Below, in pieces: positions 1-8,840 of a stretch of DNA of 27,647 bases. Source of the stretch: a virus (taxonomy: Duplodnaviria > Caudoviricetes). The position numbers were made by a program, and so were the translations under genes. The first letter of the stretch is position 1. The number at the start of each line of letters is the position of its first letter. The stretch lies in IMG/VR virus record IMGVR_UViG_3300025018_000467, positions 1 to 27,647 of that record, one strand, 5' to 3'. Under the pieces are notes generated by a model that saw only the letters and a program-made list of their open reading frames with translations, had not been told where the DNA came from and did no database searches.

Positions 1-76
1 CAGCTTGAGTGTATCGAAGCTCAATGTCTTTTGTGACATTCCCAATGATCATTACTTTGTTAAGACTTTTAGCCAT
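1..76 (-). CDS. ssb: single-stranded DNA-binding protein, 5' part (runs off the window)
   Basis: Manual translation from ATG at 76: MAKSLNKVMIIGNVTKDIELRYTQA, matching the bacterial SSB N-terminus (LNKVxLIGNLxxDPELRYT). Not in the ORF track. Confidence 0.88.
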   Translation of the reverse strand, partial: MAKSLNKVMIIGNVTKDIELRYTQA

Positions 77-350
77 TTTGGCCTTTCTCTGGTGCGCCGA
101 GCACATCAGCAAATAATGTATAAAGTGTGTGAAAATGCTTGTCAATCTTGCCGTACTTTTTTAAACAAAGTCTGTAAAGAGTTTCTTTTTTAGTTTTTTC
201 AATGATCTGCTCTCGCATATCATTTTGCAAGGCACGCAAAAGCCTGCGACTTTTTTGGTTCCTGCTTGCCAGGTCCCGCATCTTGTCACGATTCTGGTGT
301 ATTTGGTCATACACCTCAAGGTATTGTTCTAACATTTCAAATAGCTGCAT
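69..350 (-). CDS. hypothetical helical protein (93 aa)
   Basis: ORF overlapping both neighbours in an operon-like arrangement upstream of ssb. Confidence 0.7.
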   Translation of the reverse strand: MQLFEMLEQYLEVYDQIHQNRDKMRDLASRNQKSRRLLRALQNDMREQIIEKTKKETLYRLCLKKYGKIDKHFHTLYTLFADVLGAPEKGQNG

Positions 351-639
351 TGATTCCTCTTACTCTAAACACCCTGTATTTTCCTTCTGGTGTCCAGACA
401 ATAATTTTATCGTACTTTTTTAATATAACCTTTTCAACCTTGGCCATTTGGACCTTTGCTTTTATAGATAGCAGGTTTGTTACTTCTCTCTTATCAATAA
501 TAGTTCGGGTTCGCTCATTCTCAATCCACCCCTTAACTTTGTTTTCACTTGTCTCAAACAGATCAAGTTGTAGGTATTCTCCTGGTTGAGCCTCCCAACT
601 AATAAGGTCAAGATCGAACTTATCAAGTAGGTAGATCAC
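337..639 (-). CDS. hypothetical protein (100 aa), probably leaderless GTG start
   Basis: ORF whose GTG lies 6 nt after the -10 of a near-consensus promoter. Confidence 0.7.
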   Translation of the reverse strand: MIYLLDKFDLDLISWEAQPGEYLQLDLFETSENKVKGWIENERTRTIIDKREVTNLLSIKAKVQMAKVEKVILKKYDKIIVWTPEGKYRVFRVRGINAAI

Positions 640-674
640 CCCTTAATCATAGAAAAGTGTTTGAAGTTTGTCAA
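640..674 (-). promoter_or_regulatory. canonical sigma70 promoter, leaderless, driving the ssb operon
   Basis: Minus strand reads TTGACA-aacttcaaacacttttc(17)-TATGAT-6 nt-GTG. Confidence 0.8.
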
Positions 675-696
675 GACTACAACAAAGTTAAAGCTA

Positions 697-731
697 TTGA
701 CATCAGTTCTTAAAAATTATTTCATAGGTGT
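697..731 (+). promoter_or_regulatory. late-type promoter motif copy 1
   Basis: TTGACA-tcagttcttaAAAATTA(17)-TTTCAT-6 nt-ATG(732). Confidence 0.75.
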
Positions 732-2429
732 ATGGCAAATATCTCAGACACAATCAAACAAGGCATAGCAAATACTGGTGGCAGAATACTGACCACTATT
801 TCAAATGTGAATCCTACTGTTGGTGGAAAAGTTGCTAAAGTTACAGACCAAGTTGGTCAGTTCTTAAAAAATCCATTACCTCAAGCTCAAGCTTATGGTG
901 AGGGTGGCGCAACTGCCGCTGCTGAAAGTGCTGGTGGTTATGCTCAGGCTGCTAAAGCTACAACTCCAGAAGAGAAAGCTAAGGTTGAGGCAGCTGCTCA
1001 ACAGCGTGCTGGTTTTGCTTCTGCTGCTGCTCAAGATATGCCTGGTCAAAAGGAAGTGATTGGTCAATACAATGTTGATCCAAACAACTTAGATGCTCTC
1101 ATTAATGTTAATGGCACCATGAAAACTGGTCGTACCATCTTGGCCGAAACTGGTGGGACTGGTACCTATACTAGCGGTGGTGACAATGGTGGCGACAAGA
1201 TGACTGGCGATGATGTTCGCAACATTGCTCGTGATTCTGGGGCTTCTGATTTCTTAACTGACAAAGATCTTCAAGATCTAATGACTCGTTACGGCGACAA
1301 GTCTAGGGGTAGTGCTGGTGACTTGGCTGCTGAGATTGAGCGTGTTGCTACCGAAAATGCTGATCGTGAATACAATACTGTCAAACAAGCTCTTGGCGTA
1401 CAGCGTGAAGAGGTTGGCAGAGTTGGTGAAACTCAGCGTGGTCGTGTGGCCAAAGAAAAAGAGATGGGTTTGTCAGAACTTACAGATAAAGAAGAAACCG
1501 AAACCAAAAAGATTGAAAAAGAAAAAGAAGGGTTTTTAGGTGAAGTCGCTGATACTACTGAAACTCTGGCCCGCAACTGGCGTGACATGAGTTTGAATGT
1601 TCAGCGCATTGCTCGTGCTCGTGGTACTCAAGATAGTTCGTTCAGCGCTGCTCAAGAGGGCGATGTGATGATGGACTTTAACCGAGGCTTAAGAACCCTG
1701 TCCAAACAATCTGTCTCTGCTGTTGCAGATTTTGGCGAAGCTGTTATTGAAACAAACAAATTCTATACTAGAGAAAAGGCTAACTTAGAAGAGCAGGCTA
1801 GACAACAGATGGAAGACATTGATACCTGGACCAGACAAGAAGTGCAAAAGCTTCAAGCTCAAGAGAATCAATCTTTAACTAAAAAACTAAACGACATCAG
1901 ATCTGCTATTTCTCAAGGCAACCAATTAAAGATTCAAACTGAGCAATCAATTAATGAAAAGCAATTTGCTCTTGATTCTTGGATGCTCCAAACCCAAGTG
2001 CAATATAAAAACGCTGTCTCTTTGGCTGCTCAAGGCAAGTCTCAAAACGCTGCCGACACCATTGCTAAGTATCGTGATCTTGCTAAAGAATCCTACGATC
2101 TTGTCACTAAAGGTGGCTATCAACCAGAGGTGGTTAAAGATGCTAATGGCAACACTCAATATGTTATTCACGGCAAACTTCCAAATGGTGAGGATGACTA
2201 CATCCAAATGACAGTTGGTGGCTTTGATACCTTAACTCAAAATGTTTATGGTAACTTGGGTGGTGGCGACAAAGATCCTGTCACTGGCTTACCAGTCGCA
2301 AGACCTTACGATGCTACCAAACTAAATGAAGCAAGAGGTGCCGCTGGTTTAACTCCAGTTGGTGCAAGTACCCCACAATCAGAAGAATCTGGTGGCTTAC
2401 TTTCTACGCTTAAAGGCATGTTTAATTAG
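732..2429 (+). CDS. probable internal virion / DNA ejection protein (565 aa, coiled coil)
   Basis: Ala/Gly/Gln-rich N-terminus, long E/K/Q/R coiled coil, adjacent to a >1300-aa protein, and preceded by the same motif as the structural genes. Confidence 0.6.
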   Translation: MANISDTIKQGIANTGGRILTTISNVNPTVGGKVAKVTDQVGQFLKNPLPQAQAYGEGGATAAAESAGGYAQAAKATTPEEKAKVEAAAQQRAGFASAAAQDMPGQKEVIGQYNVDPNNLDALINVNGTMKTGRTILAETGGTGTYTSGGDNGGDKMTGDDVRNIARDSGASDFLTDKDLQDLMTRYGDKSRGSAGDLAAEIERVATENADREYNTVKQALGVQREEVGRVGETQRGRVAKEKEMGLSELTDKEETETKKIEKEKEGFLGEVADTTETLARNWRDMSLNVQRIARARGTQDSSFSAAQEGDVMMDFNRGLRTLSKQSVSAVADFGEAVIETNKFYTREKANLEEQARQQMEDIDTWTRQEVQKLQAQENQSLTKKLNDIRSAISQGNQLKIQTEQSINEKQFALDSWMLQTQVQYKNAVSLAAQGKSQNAADTIAKYRDLAKESYDLVTKGGYQPEVVKDANGNTQYVIHGKLPNGEDDYIQMTVGGFDTLTQNVYGNLGGGDKDPVTGLPVARPYDATKLNEARGAAGLTPVGASTPQSEESGGLLSTLKGMFN

Positions 2430-2436
2430 CTTTCCA

Positions 2437-2471
2437 TTGACTTGTGTGGCCAAAAATTATTCAATGTTTTT
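2437..2471 (+). promoter_or_regulatory. late-type promoter motif copy 2
   Basis: TTGACT-tgtgtggccaAAAATTA(17)-TTCAAT-6 nt-ATG(2472). Confidence 0.75.
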
Positions 2472-5400
2472 ATGGCATTGTTAAATTCAATTAAATCATT
2501 CTTTAGAAAAAAGAAAGACGAAGAAGAAATTGGCGCACCAGTTCCAGCGCCAGCTCCCACTCCGATCAACATTCCACAACCTAAACAGGTTGATCTTACC
2601 AATACAATTAAGCAAGGTGTTGATAGCGCCAGCCAAGCATGGCAGAAGTTTTGGCAACCAAGCCCAGATGGTGTGAGGACCAGGGATTTCTTGCGTGAGT
2701 TACCAAGTGCAACGGCCAAGGTTGGTGACACTGTTCTTGACTGGACAGTTAGACCAATCATCACTAGGCCCGTTGGAAAAACTATCACAAGTTTAGCTGA
2801 GAACGCTGGGCTTGCTCCAATTGCTGGACCAAATAAGGGAAAAGTAATTACACAATTAGATACCAACAATAGAGCTGGCCGACTAATCTTTGGCAAAGAT
2901 CCTGTTAAAAGCTATCAGCAAGAAACCAGAGATGTTATTGATTGGGAGAAAAAGATTGGTATACCAGAAAGAATTGCTACACCAACAGGTGTGTTCTTGG
3001 GTATGGCTAATGTTGCCCTAGACTTACCAAGTGGCAGCGCTGCAAAGAAGATTGTTAAAGAAGGCGCAGAAAAGATAGCCAAAGAAGGTGGAATAGATCT
3101 TGCAAAGAAAGTTGCTATTGAAACTGGCGAAGATTTAGCAAGCTTCTTAAAGGATGGACTCAATGTACCAAGTCTTAACTTAACAAGTGGTGCAAGACAG
3201 GGTGCCAGGTTACCTTGGGAAGAAGTGAAGACTGCCTTAAAAGATCTTGGCTTATCAAAGAAATTAGAGAAAGATTTAAATGCTGGCAAAGTAATTGAGG
3301 GCACGAACTTTGTGTTGCAAAAGAATGGCGATATTTTGATTGCTAACATTGATAGTAGTTTTGAAACAATCAAGAAAGCAGTGGAGCCAGTGGTTGAGCC
3401 AGTCACTCAGAAACTAAAGGGCGTTAAGCTATCGGTTCCAAAGATTGTTGAAGAGGTTCCCAAAGTAGTTGAGCCACGCTTTGTTGATTCAAAGCTATTT
3501 GCTAAAAGCCTAGACAATGCTAAGGCTGGCAAGCGTAAGGCTTTGTCTGATATTAAAATGCCAGAGTATTGGAACGAAGCCGATATTGATAGAACGCAAG
3601 TTGATATGGTGAAGGCAGCGGTTGAGGCAGGGGATAGAATCAATCCAATCGTACTTGACGAGGCTGGCAATGTTTTAGACGGCGCTCATAGGCTCCAAGC
3701 TTTGACTGAGCTAGGTGTTAAAGATGTTGATACAGTTGTGCAAAAGGTTGTGGAAAAACCCCAACCATTTCTCGATGTAGTGGCTAGTAAAGCAAAAGAG
3801 TTTGGCAATGAGGATATTCTAAAGAACGCACAGGTCCAAGCAGAGAACGCAACTAAAGTAATTGAGGATTTTAAACAACCACTTCAAGAGAAGGGCGTGC
3901 TTGAGTCAGTGAGTGCTAACATCGGTGATGCTTTAAACAAGGTCCCAGCTTACAGGGCTATTGCTGATCCAGTTCAAGATTTCTTCCATAGCTTAGGTAA
4001 GTACCGCTTCGGTGATCAGGCGCTAGACATTGATGCCAAGGCAATCGAGAGAGCAAAGATTGGTTTTGTTGAAAGATCCAAGCGCATTTACTCAGATGCT
4101 CTGGTAGAGGCACAAGAGATTTTAGGTCGTGAGATTAATCAAGAAGAAGCAGGGGCACTACTTCGCAGTAACTATGCGGGTGAGCTAGCCAATGCAGTAG
4201 AGGGTGTAACCTCACAACCACTTGGCAAAGACATTGCGGCCAATGCAACACAACTCGAGCAAGTATTTAAAAGTGTGCACAGTGAGATTGCAAGCTATGT
4301 TTTGATGCATGAGAAAGAACTAGAGAGTTTACTTGAGGCTGGTAAGATTTCTCCAGAGCAAGCAGCCAAGCTTCGTCTTGTACAACCAGAGAAGTTTGCA
4401 GAGAACCTAAACAAATATGTCAGAACTTTTTATAACAAAGATGCTACTGACTTCACAACTGCGGCGCTCAATCCATTTGCGATTGAGGAAACCAGAATCA
4501 ATTTTTCCACAGCTAAAAAGAAACTATCTGATTATGAATGGGGTAACGGCTACTTAATGGCGCTACAAAACGGGCACCCAGAGGAAGTAACAAGAAGGTT
4601 GGCGGCACCAGCTGACGACATTGTTAAGAAAGCTTTAGGTGGTGATGATGCTGCGATTGCTGATTTAGGTAGACAAGTTAAAGAGATGCGTGGCCTCGTC
4701 ACTCAAGGTGATGCGGTAGTTGAGCGCACTGTTTACAATCTGCTTAACTCATACAAAGATCTTAAGCTTGAGAGTGTTGTGGCTGATAGACCAGATCTTT
4801 TTAGCACTGTCTTAAAGGATGGCTTTGCTGCCGTTCCAAACGACAAAGGTTATGGACCACTCGCAGGCAAGTATGTGCGTGAGGATGTGGCCAAAGAATT
4901 ATTTGCAGACAAAGAACAGATCCAAAATACAACTGACACAATCAGTAATGCAATCAATGCTTACGGCTCGGCTTGGAAGTTTGCCAAAACAATTCTTAAC
5001 CCAAGCACTTGGGGTATTAACTTTATGACTGGTATGACAACGATGCAAACTTTGGCTGGCAATTCACCATTCAGTCCAGCCAACTGGAAATACTTTACTA
5101 AAGCCTCTGAGCTCTTTGATCAATTACCAAAAGGAAATGTCACAAGCGACACACTAAAACAATTCGTTGATTTGGGTGGCTCACAATCTGGCTTTGTTGA
5201 TATAGAGATTCTTAACTCTGCTAAAGAGTTGTACGCCGACATGAACCCAAAGGTTTTTGGCAAGAAGTTTGCTGAAACTTTAAGCAAGTTTGCCGACAAA
5301 CCAGAGAAGCTTGGACAATTCTATTCATACATTGATGGCTATAATAAATATGCGACCTTCTTAAATAAGATTGATCATGGCTACGATGTGGTGGATGCTA

Positions 5401-6566
5401 TGAAGTTTGCGGATAAATACCATCTCAACTATGCGGTCCTACCTAAATGGGTGAGGACTCTCAAGCAATCTGCATGGGGTAATGCTCTCGTGCCATTTGT
5501 GTCATTTACGGCTCAGTTTCCAAAGATGATTATAGAGACTGCTGTTAGTAAACCTTGGCGCTTTGCACCGCTCTACCTAGTTCCTATGGCCTACAATCTT
5601 GCTTGGAAGGCTAGCAACCCAGCACTCGCCGAGCAATCAGAGATGCAAAAGCCAGACTATGCTCGCAATAATCCATTTGTAATTACACTAGGCTATGACG
5701 AAACTAAGAAAGAGTTTGACTACTTTGACATGGGTAGACTCTATGCATTGCCTGGCGACATGGAGCCAGAGAGCATTGCTCGTTTCTTCTTAGGTCCATT
5801 TAGTAATGTGGGTGGTCCACTTAGTAGCATTGCTGATGCAGTCAAAGGCGTTGATTCATTCGGCAATGAGCTAAACACTCCAGGCAATCAGACAAGTGCC
5901 GAGCATATTGTGCAGGGTGTGGCACCAGTACCAAACATCGTCTTTCAATTAGCAGACACATATAAATCCTTAACAGGCCAACCAGCTAGAGGTAAGCTTC
6001 GTGATCCTTTGGATGAAACCTTGCGCATGGCAGGCATCACCATACTACACGGCAGCGCTGATCAGTTATCAAAAAGTATCTCAGCCGCCCAGCGTGAATA
6101 CTCTAACTGGCAATCTTGGACCAAGAAACAACTACAAGATCCAAGGTTATCGGAAGGTGCTAGATCATCACTTCTTGAAGATCTTGAAACAAAGAGAGCT
6201 GACCTAACTAATAAAGTAAATGAATTACTTGAAACAAAAACCGACAGCCCTGTTGAACAAATTAATCCACTTACTCAGGTAATTTTGCCTAAGCTAGACA
6301 CCGCAGCACTACCAACAGTTGACCTAACAAACCTACCAAGCTCTAAGCTAACAGCAGGATCTAAATCAAAAGCTAAGCCAAAGAGTGTCACGCTTAAACT
6401 ACCAAAAGCTAAAGCGATTAAGTTTAGCAAACCAAAAGAGACTGAGGATTTTGAGCCGTCAGAAATTACCCCACCCAAGCGTAAAGGTGTGAGGTTGGCT
6501 AGTCGTAAAGCACCAAGCATGCCACGCATCAAGGTCCCCAAAGTATCTGGCCTGCGGGTGAGCTAA
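2472..6566 (+). CDS. large ejection / polyvalent-type virion protein with ParB/Srx-like domain (1364 aa; start reassigned to ATG 2472)
   Basis: Very large, mostly helical ORF. ParB-like motif PIVLDEAGNVLDGAHRLQAL. C-terminal half resembles podovirus large ejection proteins (WKFAKTILNP; VPFVSFTAQFP). Basic K/P/R tail. Confidence 0.7.
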   Translation: MALLNSIKSFFRKKKDEEEIGAPVPAPAPTPINIPQPKQVDLTNTIKQGVDSASQAWQKFWQPSPDGVRTRDFLRELPSATAKVGDTVLDWTVRPIITRPVGKTITSLAENAGLAPIAGPNKGKVITQLDTNNRAGRLIFGKDPVKSYQQETRDVIDWEKKIGIPERIATPTGVFLGMANVALDLPSGSAAKKIVKEGAEKIAKEGGIDLAKKVAIETGEDLASFLKDGLNVPSLNLTSGARQGARLPWEEVKTALKDLGLSKKLEKDLNAGKVIEGTNFVLQKNGDILIANIDSSFETIKKAVEPVVEPVTQKLKGVKLSVPKIVEEVPKVVEPRFVDSKLFAKSLDNAKAGKRKALSDIKMPEYWNEADIDRTQVDMVKAAVEAGDRINPIVLDEAGNVLDGAHRLQALTELGVKDVDTVVQKVVEKPQPFLDVVASKAKEFGNEDILKNAQVQAENATKVIEDFKQPLQEKGVLESVSANIGDALNKVPAYRAIADPVQDFFHSLGKYRFGDQALDIDAKAIERAKIGFVERSKRIYSDALVEAQEILGREINQEEAGALLRSNYAGELANAVEGVTSQPLGKDIAANATQLEQVFKSVHSEIASYVLMHEKELESLLEAGKISPEQAAKLRLVQPEKFAENLNKYVRTFYNKDATDFTTAALNPFAIEETRINFSTAKKKLSDYEWGNGYLMALQNGHPEEVTRRLAAPADDIVKKALGGDDAAIADLGRQVKEMRGLVTQGDAVVERTVYNLLNSYKDLKLESVVADRPDLFSTVLKDGFAAVPNDKGYGPLAGKYVREDVAKELFADKEQIQNTTDTISNAINAYGSAWKFAKTILNPSTWGINFMTGMTTMQTLAGNSPFSPANWKYFTKASELFDQLPKGNVTSDTLKQFVDLGGSQSGFVDIEILNSAKELYADMNPKVFGKKFAETLSKFADKPEKLGQFYSYIDGYNKYATFLNKIDHGYDVVDAMKFADKYHLNYAVLPKWVRTLKQSAWGNALVPFVSFTAQFPKMIIETAVSKPWRFAPLYLVPMAYNLAWKASNPALAEQSEMQKPDYARNNPFVITLGYDETKKEFDYFDMGRLYALPGDMEPESIARFFLGPFSNVGGPLSSIADAVKGVDSFGNELNTPGNQTSAEHIVQGVAPVPNIVFQLADTYKSLTGQPARGKLRDPLDETLRMAGITILHGSADQLSKSISAAQREYSNWQSWTKKQLQDPRLSEGARSSLLEDLETKRADLTNKVNELLETKTDSPVEQINPLTQVILPKLDTAALPTVDLTNLPSSKLTAGSKSKAKPKSVTLKLPKAKAIKFSKPKETEDFEPSEITPPKRKGVRLASRKAPSMPRIKVPKVSGLRVS

Positions 6567-6624
6567 CTACCATTCGGTGCAAAACATTCGGCGTATACAT
6601 CCACCATTTTTTATTGTTGTTTAT

Positions 6625-6653
6625 TTGACAAACTCTAAACAGTGAGGCATACT
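6625..6653 (+). promoter_or_regulatory. sigma70-type promoter of the small-gene cassette
   Basis: TTGACA-17 nt-CATACT with an AT-rich upstream tract. Confidence 0.7.
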
Positions 6654-6691
6654 ATATCTATTATTAAATGTACAAATGAAAGGATGCACAA

Positions 6692-6904
6692 ATGTTTTAT
6701 GCTTCAATAGCAATCACAATGACACTGCTCTATATAGTGTTTGCTTCATCCGCCAGACTTGAAAGAAAACGAAAGACAAAGCTTGTCAGCTTAGGTCGTG
6801 ATAGTCGTGGCCGTTTCTCTATTATAAAGAAAGCTAGATCAAAGCATTATGTTAAGTGCTTTTATTTAGGCCAAGAACAAAAAGGATTTTATCTATATGA
6901 CTAA
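6692..6904 (+). CDS. small protein with N-terminal hydrophobic helix and basic RDSRGRF segment (70 aa)
   Basis: SD GAAAGGA upstream; first gene after the promoter. Confidence 0.65.
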   Translation: MFYASIAITMTLLYIVFASSARLERKRKTKLVSLGRDSRGRFSIIKKARSKHYVKCFYLGQEQKGFYLYD

Positions 6905-7055
6905 AATTATCATGTATTTATCCGCTGGTTGCTACCATATCGGGCTAACCTATGGCAACAGCACGCACATATTATCAATTACAAAATCAAGAAAGGAAGC
7001 CAATAAGAGAATCAAGCAAATAGCCGAGACTCTAGGGCTAAACGCCTATGTATAA
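6897..7055 (+). CDS. hypothetical small protein (52 aa)
   Basis: Manual translation MTKIIMYLSAGCYHIGLTYG...LGLNAYV; AAAGGA upstream; 8-nt overlaps with both neighbours. Confidence 0.6.
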   Translation: MTKIIMYLSAGCYHIGLTYGNSTHILSITKSRKEANKRIKQIAETLGLNAYV

Positions 7056-7212
7056 AGACTTCAACACTTATCAAGATCCCACTGCTTGGCTAGCAGATGA
7101 GGAAGCAAGCAAAGAAGAGTTAAAAGAAATAAGACGAGCCGAGTATCAAGCCCGAAAAGAGCTTGAGACTGAAAGAGAAAACAATAATAAATATCAATTA
7201 GCTTTTAACTAA
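7048..7212 (+). CDS. hypothetical small charged helical protein (54 aa)
   Basis: Manual translation MYKDFNTYQDPTAWLADEEASKEELKEIRRAEYQARKELE...; coupled to the previous stop. Confidence 0.6.
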   Translation: MYKDFNTYQDPTAWLADEEASKEELKEIRRAEYQARKELETERENNNKYQLAFN

Positions 7213-7230
7213 GCTAAAGAAAGTAAAAAT

Positions 7231-7641
7231 ATGTACGCAAGATTAGAATTTAGACATTACGATAGTTATACTGGCGGAGGTTGCCTAGTTTATAGAGATG
7301 GCTTTTTGCTCAAAGGCTTAACCGCTGGCGGTTGTGGCTATGACAGAGAGGGCAAAGCATTTTCTAATTGGATGATGGCACGGCCTGAGATTGCAGAAGG
7401 TATTAAACATCTAACCGCTAATAGTGGAAGCAATGACAAGCCAACTGGTTACTATGGTCTAACTCATTACAACGACAAGACCAATAAGTATCAAAAGAGA
7501 TCAAGCAAGAATACAAGAAGCTATGTTGATGGTGCTTGTGGGTTTTCAAGTATGAAGACAATCATGCAGGCTCTAGGCTACAAGGTAACTTATGGCGGAG
7601 GGAATAAACTATCAAACTTTTATATTATAGAAAGTAAATAA
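7231..7641 (+). CDS. hypothetical phage protein (136 aa) with AGGCGYD and DGACG motifs
   Basis: ORF in the cassette with protein-like composition; function not recognised. Confidence 0.75.
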   Translation: MYARLEFRHYDSYTGGGCLVYRDGFLLKGLTAGGCGYDREGKAFSNWMMARPEIAEGIKHLTANSGSNDKPTGYYGLTHYNDKTNKYQKRSSKNTRSYVDGACGFSSMKTIMQALGYKVTYGGGNKLSNFYIIESK

Positions 7642-7643
7642 CT

Positions 7644-7955
7644 ATGACAAAACAAATTCTAAATGATTGGTATAAGTTAGTAAGACAGGTTAAAAACGGC
7701 TATCACATGTCAGACAATGACTACCGAGAGCTGATCAGACTTAACGGCGAAGTCATGGAAGTAGCCCACGACATTCACAATAACAACATGCTACGAATAA
7801 CAATGCAACAGCCAATTAACAAAGACAATGAACTCTTTTGCCCCTTGTGTGGTGGAGAGCTAGCAGGGGATGGAGAGAATCACATGGAGTGCTTAGATTG
7901 TGAGTACACAATCCACGAAGCAGACATCAAGGAAGGAGAGCATGAGAAAAGATAA
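7644..7955 (+). CDS. hypothetical protein with C-terminal zinc ribbon (103 aa)
   Basis: CPLC...CLDC motif. Confidence 0.7.
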   Translation: MTKQILNDWYKLVRQVKNGYHMSDNDYRELIRLNGEVMEVAHDIHNNNMLRITMQQPINKDNELFCPLCGGELAGDGENHMECLDCEYTIHEADIKEGEHEKR

Positions 7956-8028
7956 ACAACTAGAGGCCAGAGCTTATATATATCTCTTCTTTCTCTGCCT
8001 CATAACATTATTATTTAGTATCAAATAG
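7942..8028 (+). CDS. 28-aa membrane peptide
   Basis: Strong SD AAGGAG; MRKDKQLEARAYIYLFFLCLITLLFSIK; fills the gap between its neighbours. Confidence 0.55.
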   Translation: MRKDKQLEARAYIYLFFLCLITLLFSIK

Positions 8029-8041
8029 AAAGGTTTAAACA

Positions 8042-8281
8042 ATGCCAGAATATACATTTTACTTAACTAAAGGCTACCGAAGCCAACATGTCAAAGCAAA
8101 CAATCTCTATCAAGCCTACTTGATAACCAAAAGAGATCATGACAGTGTTGCTCAAAAGATGTTTGGCAACATCATCCCTAATCATTACCAAGTTGCAAGT
8201 GATGGCGATTATTTGATGTCTGGTTGGAAAACAAGCCAAGATAAAAGGTTATTAGCAGAAAGGAAAATACAATGTCAATAG
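8042..8281 (+). CDS. hypothetical protein (79 aa)
   Basis: SD GAAAGG upstream. Confidence 0.7.
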   Translation: MPEYTFYLTKGYRSQHVKANNLYQAYLITKRDHDSVAQKMFGNIIPNHYQVASDGDYLMSGWKTSQDKRLLAERKIQCQ

Positions 8282-8421
8282 AGTTATTAGTCGAATGGTT
8301 TGCAGAAGTATTGTGTGTGTCATTTACTACAAAGTACGGCGAGCCTATGGATGGAGATAAGATTGCTGATCTAGTCAAAAGGTTTGAGGATAAACTTAGA
8401 GACTTAAGCGGAGAAGATTAA
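8272..8421 (+). CDS. hypothetical small protein (49 aa)
   Basis: SD GAAAGGA; manual translation MSIELLVEWFAEVLCVSFTTKYGEPMDGDKIADLVKRFEDKLRDLSGED. Confidence 0.6.
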   Translation: MSIELLVEWFAEVLCVSFTTKYGEPMDGDKIADLVKRFEDKLRDLSGED

Positions 8422-8465
8422 CAAGCGGTAAGAGTGGGCTAAGGTGCTGAGCCTTAGCGAACAAG

Positions 8466-8492
8466 AGAGCTAGCGTAACAGCTAGCTTTTTT
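8466..8492 (+). terminator. intrinsic terminator of the small-gene cassette
   Basis: AGCTAGC-gtaaca-GCTAGCT followed by a T run; preceded by hairpin GCTAAGG-tgctgag-CCTTAGC at 8438-8458. Confidence 0.8.
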
Positions 8493-8664
8493 GTTGCAAT
8501 AACTGGTAAGGTCCTATGGTGTTTCCTTATTGTAGTAGGTCTAGTTGGTAGATAGGGATGGCTTGGCTATTCCCATTGATAAACCAATCCTTTTCATTTC
8601 CCCATTGACATCTTGTCTAGTTACCTTTTGTTACCACTACCCCTATTCTCTCATTTTTATATCC

Positions 8665-8696
8665 CCCCCATTGTCACCACTCGTGGTGACTGGGGG
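8665..8696. repeat. GC-rich inverted repeat in the long intergenic region
   Basis: CCCCCA-tt-GTCACCA-ctcg-TGGTGAC-TGGGGG. Confidence 0.85.
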
Positions 8697-8818
8697 CTGG
8701 ACAGGAATACCATCGTCAACTTTGGAACTCATATATAGTAAGCCCCTCCGATACGCGTGTAAAAAAATAAATAACATTATGGGATATGATTTACGAAGAT
8801 GAAATTAAGTGCGAATAT

Positions 8819-8840
8819 ATCAAGCTTTTTTAAGCTTGAT
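8819..8840. repeat. perfect 9-bp inverted repeat
   Basis: ATCAAGCTT-tttt-AAGCTTGAT. Confidence 0.85.

Noticed and set aside
2442-2471. ORF-track TTG start of the 1374-aa protein
   Set aside because: It lies within the conserved promoter motif; ATG 2472 fits the fixed 35-nt spacing.
6571-6591. Short direct repeat CATTCGG x2 after the large ejection gene
   Set aside because: Only two 7-bp copies; not distinguishable from chance.
8605-8640. TTGACA at 8605 as a promoter
   Set aside because: No acceptable -10 at 16-18 nt and no credible downstream gene.
8545-8802. 85-aa ORF in the long intergenic region
   Set aside because: TTG start, no SD, located after a terminator, spans the hairpins, and has an unconvincing composition.
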